Positions 62,801-64,000 of a stretch of DNA of 64,000 nt are shown piece after piece. A program made the translations under genes and the position numbers. How positions within the stretch are numbered: position 1 is the stretch's first letter; every line of letters begins with the position of its first letter. This DNA comes from a virus (taxonomy: Duplodnaviria > Caudoviricetes): IMG/VR virus record IMGVR_UViG_3300043473_000169, positions 624 to 64,623 of that record, one strand, 5' to 3'. A model generated the notes under the pieces. It ran no database searches, was not told the origin of the DNA, and saw nothing but the letters and a program-made list of their open reading frames with translations.

Positions 62801-64000
62801 CGAAATCGGCATCACCGCCAAAGGCACCTGCATTGTTGAACTGTACTTGCGTCGTCGACCCACCGGGACTACCCCCGCCGCCCGCTGCGTTCAAAGTGGT
62901 ACCTGTAAAGCTCAGGTTTGTCCCGAGGGTTATTTCCTCGATCGGTCCCGCTCCTGCCGTGGCCCGACCCAGCAGTCGGTTGTTGGTGCTAACGTTCTGA
63001 ATCTTGGCATAGGTCCACGAGGAGTTGGGCACCACCGGCGTGAGGCTGAAAGTGTGGGTCCCGGTCCACGTCGGAATGATCGCCTGATCAAGCGCTGGGG
63101 CACCATCAGAGCGAATGCCGGAAGTCGAGATGCCGTTGACCGGCGTCAGTCCTACCAGTGCCGTCGGATTTGCTAAGTTGGACGAGGACACCGACAGAAT
63201 GAACACGCAGTTCATATCGGCGTTGTTGGGGAAAATCGTACCGCGCGAATCGATAAACGTAACCGGGATATTCCACCAGCCAACATTGTTGGTACCTACC
63301 CCGGTTACCTGATACACCGCCGCCTTGGTCGCGTCATTGCGCTGCTGGCAGTAGATGCGGTTGCCGGTGTTGAGCAGCGACAGAATCGTGTTGGCGTCGA
63401 AATTGGTGAAGGCCAGCGAGTTGAACGTCATGAAGGTGACAGCAGCATAGGCCGCGCTGTTCATCGACATTTTCTGGCTGCCGGGATTAGCTAAGCTAAC
63501 AGAAGACGAGAAGTTCCAGCCGAGTTCAATTGACCCGCCCGACGACGTACGCCAGATTGCGGGGACCCCGGGGCCTTGGCTCGACAGCACCTGCCCGCTG
63601 ATGCCCTCGACACCGGTCGCTTTCAGGGGTCCGGCAAGATCAACCGTACCATTGAAAATATGCGTCCCGGACCATGTCGGATTGATCGCCTGATCGAGTG
63701 GCGGAGCAGCGTCCGAGCGCATGAAAGTTGGGGCCACACCATTGATTGCGGTGAGACCTAGCGTTGCTGTCGGATTTGCCCCCACCGACCCGGGGCCGGT
63801 GCTTACTGCCACGCCATTAACGAACAATCCAGTCGCATTAACAGTGCCCGCACCCTGCGCGCCCCCGGTCGCGGCACCCACCACGATCGACGATGAAAAG
63901 TTATGTGGACCCGTCCACGTGGGCGCGATTGACTGGTCAAGTGCCGGGGCAGCGTCCGAGCGCATCGCAGAGGTGGCGACACCGTTGACCGGCGTCAAGC
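59832..64000 (-). CDS. Long repeat-rich tail fibre (5' end lies outside the window)
   Basis: Over 1388 aa open to the window edge; five 'ANPTA..GL...NG....RSD.APAL.Q.I.PTW' repeats and seven 'G....P...F..D.DTG.Y' repeats. Confidence 0.8.
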   Translation of the reverse strand, partial: LTPVNGVATSAMRSDAAPALDQSIAPTWTGPHNFSSSIVVGAATGGAQGAGTVNATGLFVNGVAVSTGPGSVGANPTATLGLTAINGVAPTFMRSDAAPPLDQAINPTWSGTHIFNGTVDLAGPLKATGVEGISGQVLSSQGPGVPAIWRTSSGGSIELGWNFSSSVSLANPGSQKMSMNSAAYAAVTFMTFNSLAFTNFDANTILSLLNTGNRIYCQQRNDATKAAVYQVTGVGTNNVGWWNIPVTFIDSRGTIFPNNADMNCVFILSVSSSNLANPTALVGLTPVNGISTSGIRSDGAPALDQAIIPTWTGTHTFSLTPVVPNSSWTYAKIQNVSTNNRLLGRATAGAGPIEEITLGTNLSFTGTTLNAAGGGGSPGGSTTQVQFNNAGAFGGDADFAWDLTNNVLSLGSAVTSGTIQGTSAAQNFLIKGGPATTSGGTVNITGTAAVSGNNGGGQTNITAGAAIGTGTGGQASLVAGSGTTTGTGGNAFLTGGDGLTAGGAFARGGNGAGTNGSGGIAQLFGGSANGTGTGGQVTIQSGSSPSGTPGNILLRTGATTTDRLFINSNGSWGLGAAATVGTSGQVLTSQAGAPPIWSTVGGGVTGLANPTATIGLTQANGAATTAMRSDAAPALNQGIIPTWTGNHIWSTAAPVLTLEETDQGVNGKRWGLNSNGGFMQIQTLDDSGLNGHSAFVAQRSANTVVNVGLGNAADNPTYNFLGTGTVTSGGVHQGPNGAVSAPTYAFSGDSNTGMYDIGIDQLAFSTNSTERLRFDATGAWGLSGANFGTAGQVLTSQGNATSPTWTSVGGGVTGFATPTASIGLSAIAGSATTAIRSDGAPALSQAIAPTWTSQHIFTATGAGPNSSIKISAVNPSIAFNETAAAADTRLWDTVVSGGILQHRTVNDAFTLARSYLQATRSGLAVAGVDFGNATDNPVFSFLGTGAIATGGVIRGPNGSITGPTYSFSGDIDTGMYDSAADVIGFTAGGTRRAAIYSGGLVVDTGNVYIPDGSVTLPGLTFTGDQNTGFYRLSSDYFAASVGGAFAGSFVNTGVNPQFGAVDGAVATPGITFDGDRDTGIYRIAANEGRMGAGAALSALWNTQGFGILDGASGTPSLFFANDPDTGIYRLSSGRIGFTTDGTVQFTIGNLAGTPAISSILPFWQPDGAAGAPSYSFTSDPDTGLYSFGANTLGFAAAGSVVSILSSGGETMQGSGVFRTSDGSTGTAGFSFTNDTDTGLYRIGSGNVGFSADNALVFQTLAAVSGGAKVADFGGTAQTVGFREIPQNSQSANYTAVLADSGKHLFHPNGGGAGDVFTIPANGSVAYPLGTTITFVNRDSSAVSIAITTDTLILGGTATTGTRTLGANGVATAIKVEATVWIITGTGLT

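Noticed and set aside
1-64000. Window as a complete circular genome with the left fibre start joining the right fibre
   Set aside because: Joining position 1 to 64000 on the minus strand gives ...GCC TAG (stop) and is out of frame with the right-hand ORF, so sequence is missing between the ends.

Overview
The window covers most of a GC-rich tailed dsDNA phage genome, podovirus-like, probably infecting a proteobacterium. I found no integrase, repressor/lysogeny module, CRISPR array or intact tRNA. Minus strand 1-15268 is the packaging and head module: terS, terL, a P22-like portal, a pectate-lyase-like protein, GroES, scaffold, major capsid protein, adaptors and the start of a fibre gene. A ~1.65 kb non-coding control region (15270-16930) is followed by a plus-strand block of small early genes and a replication/nucleotide module: DEDDh exonuclease, VRR-NUC nuclease, AEP primase, SNF2 and UvrD helicases, an SSB-like protein and a family A polymerase. 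That block ends in a purZ-mazZ-datZ cluster, so the phage very likely makes 2-aminoadenine (Z) DNA. Minus strand 44313-64000 encodes ejection/internal virion proteins, tail nozzle, adaptor and a repeat-rich fibre. The two window ends do not join. Main unexplained signals: (1) 13 perfect sigma54 (RpoN) -24/-12 sites, TGGCACG-N4-TTGC, in both orientations within ~970 bp of the control region, which looks like a sigma54 decoy or roadblock array; (2) a [FYLH]-A-x-G-G motif repeated about 25 times only in late/virion proteins, which splits a 1242-aa injected polyprotein into cassettes, two of them ADP-ribosyltransferase-like; (3) CTAACAA-N3-TTGTTAG palindromes flanking terS; (4) adjacent Acb4-like and Acb2/Tad1-like nucleotide-sponge candidates; (5) a catalytically degenerate ThyX; (6) three paralogues of a 'YxHLNxGxQxMxLxN' domain. 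Family assignments come from motif recognition by eye, not from database searches.
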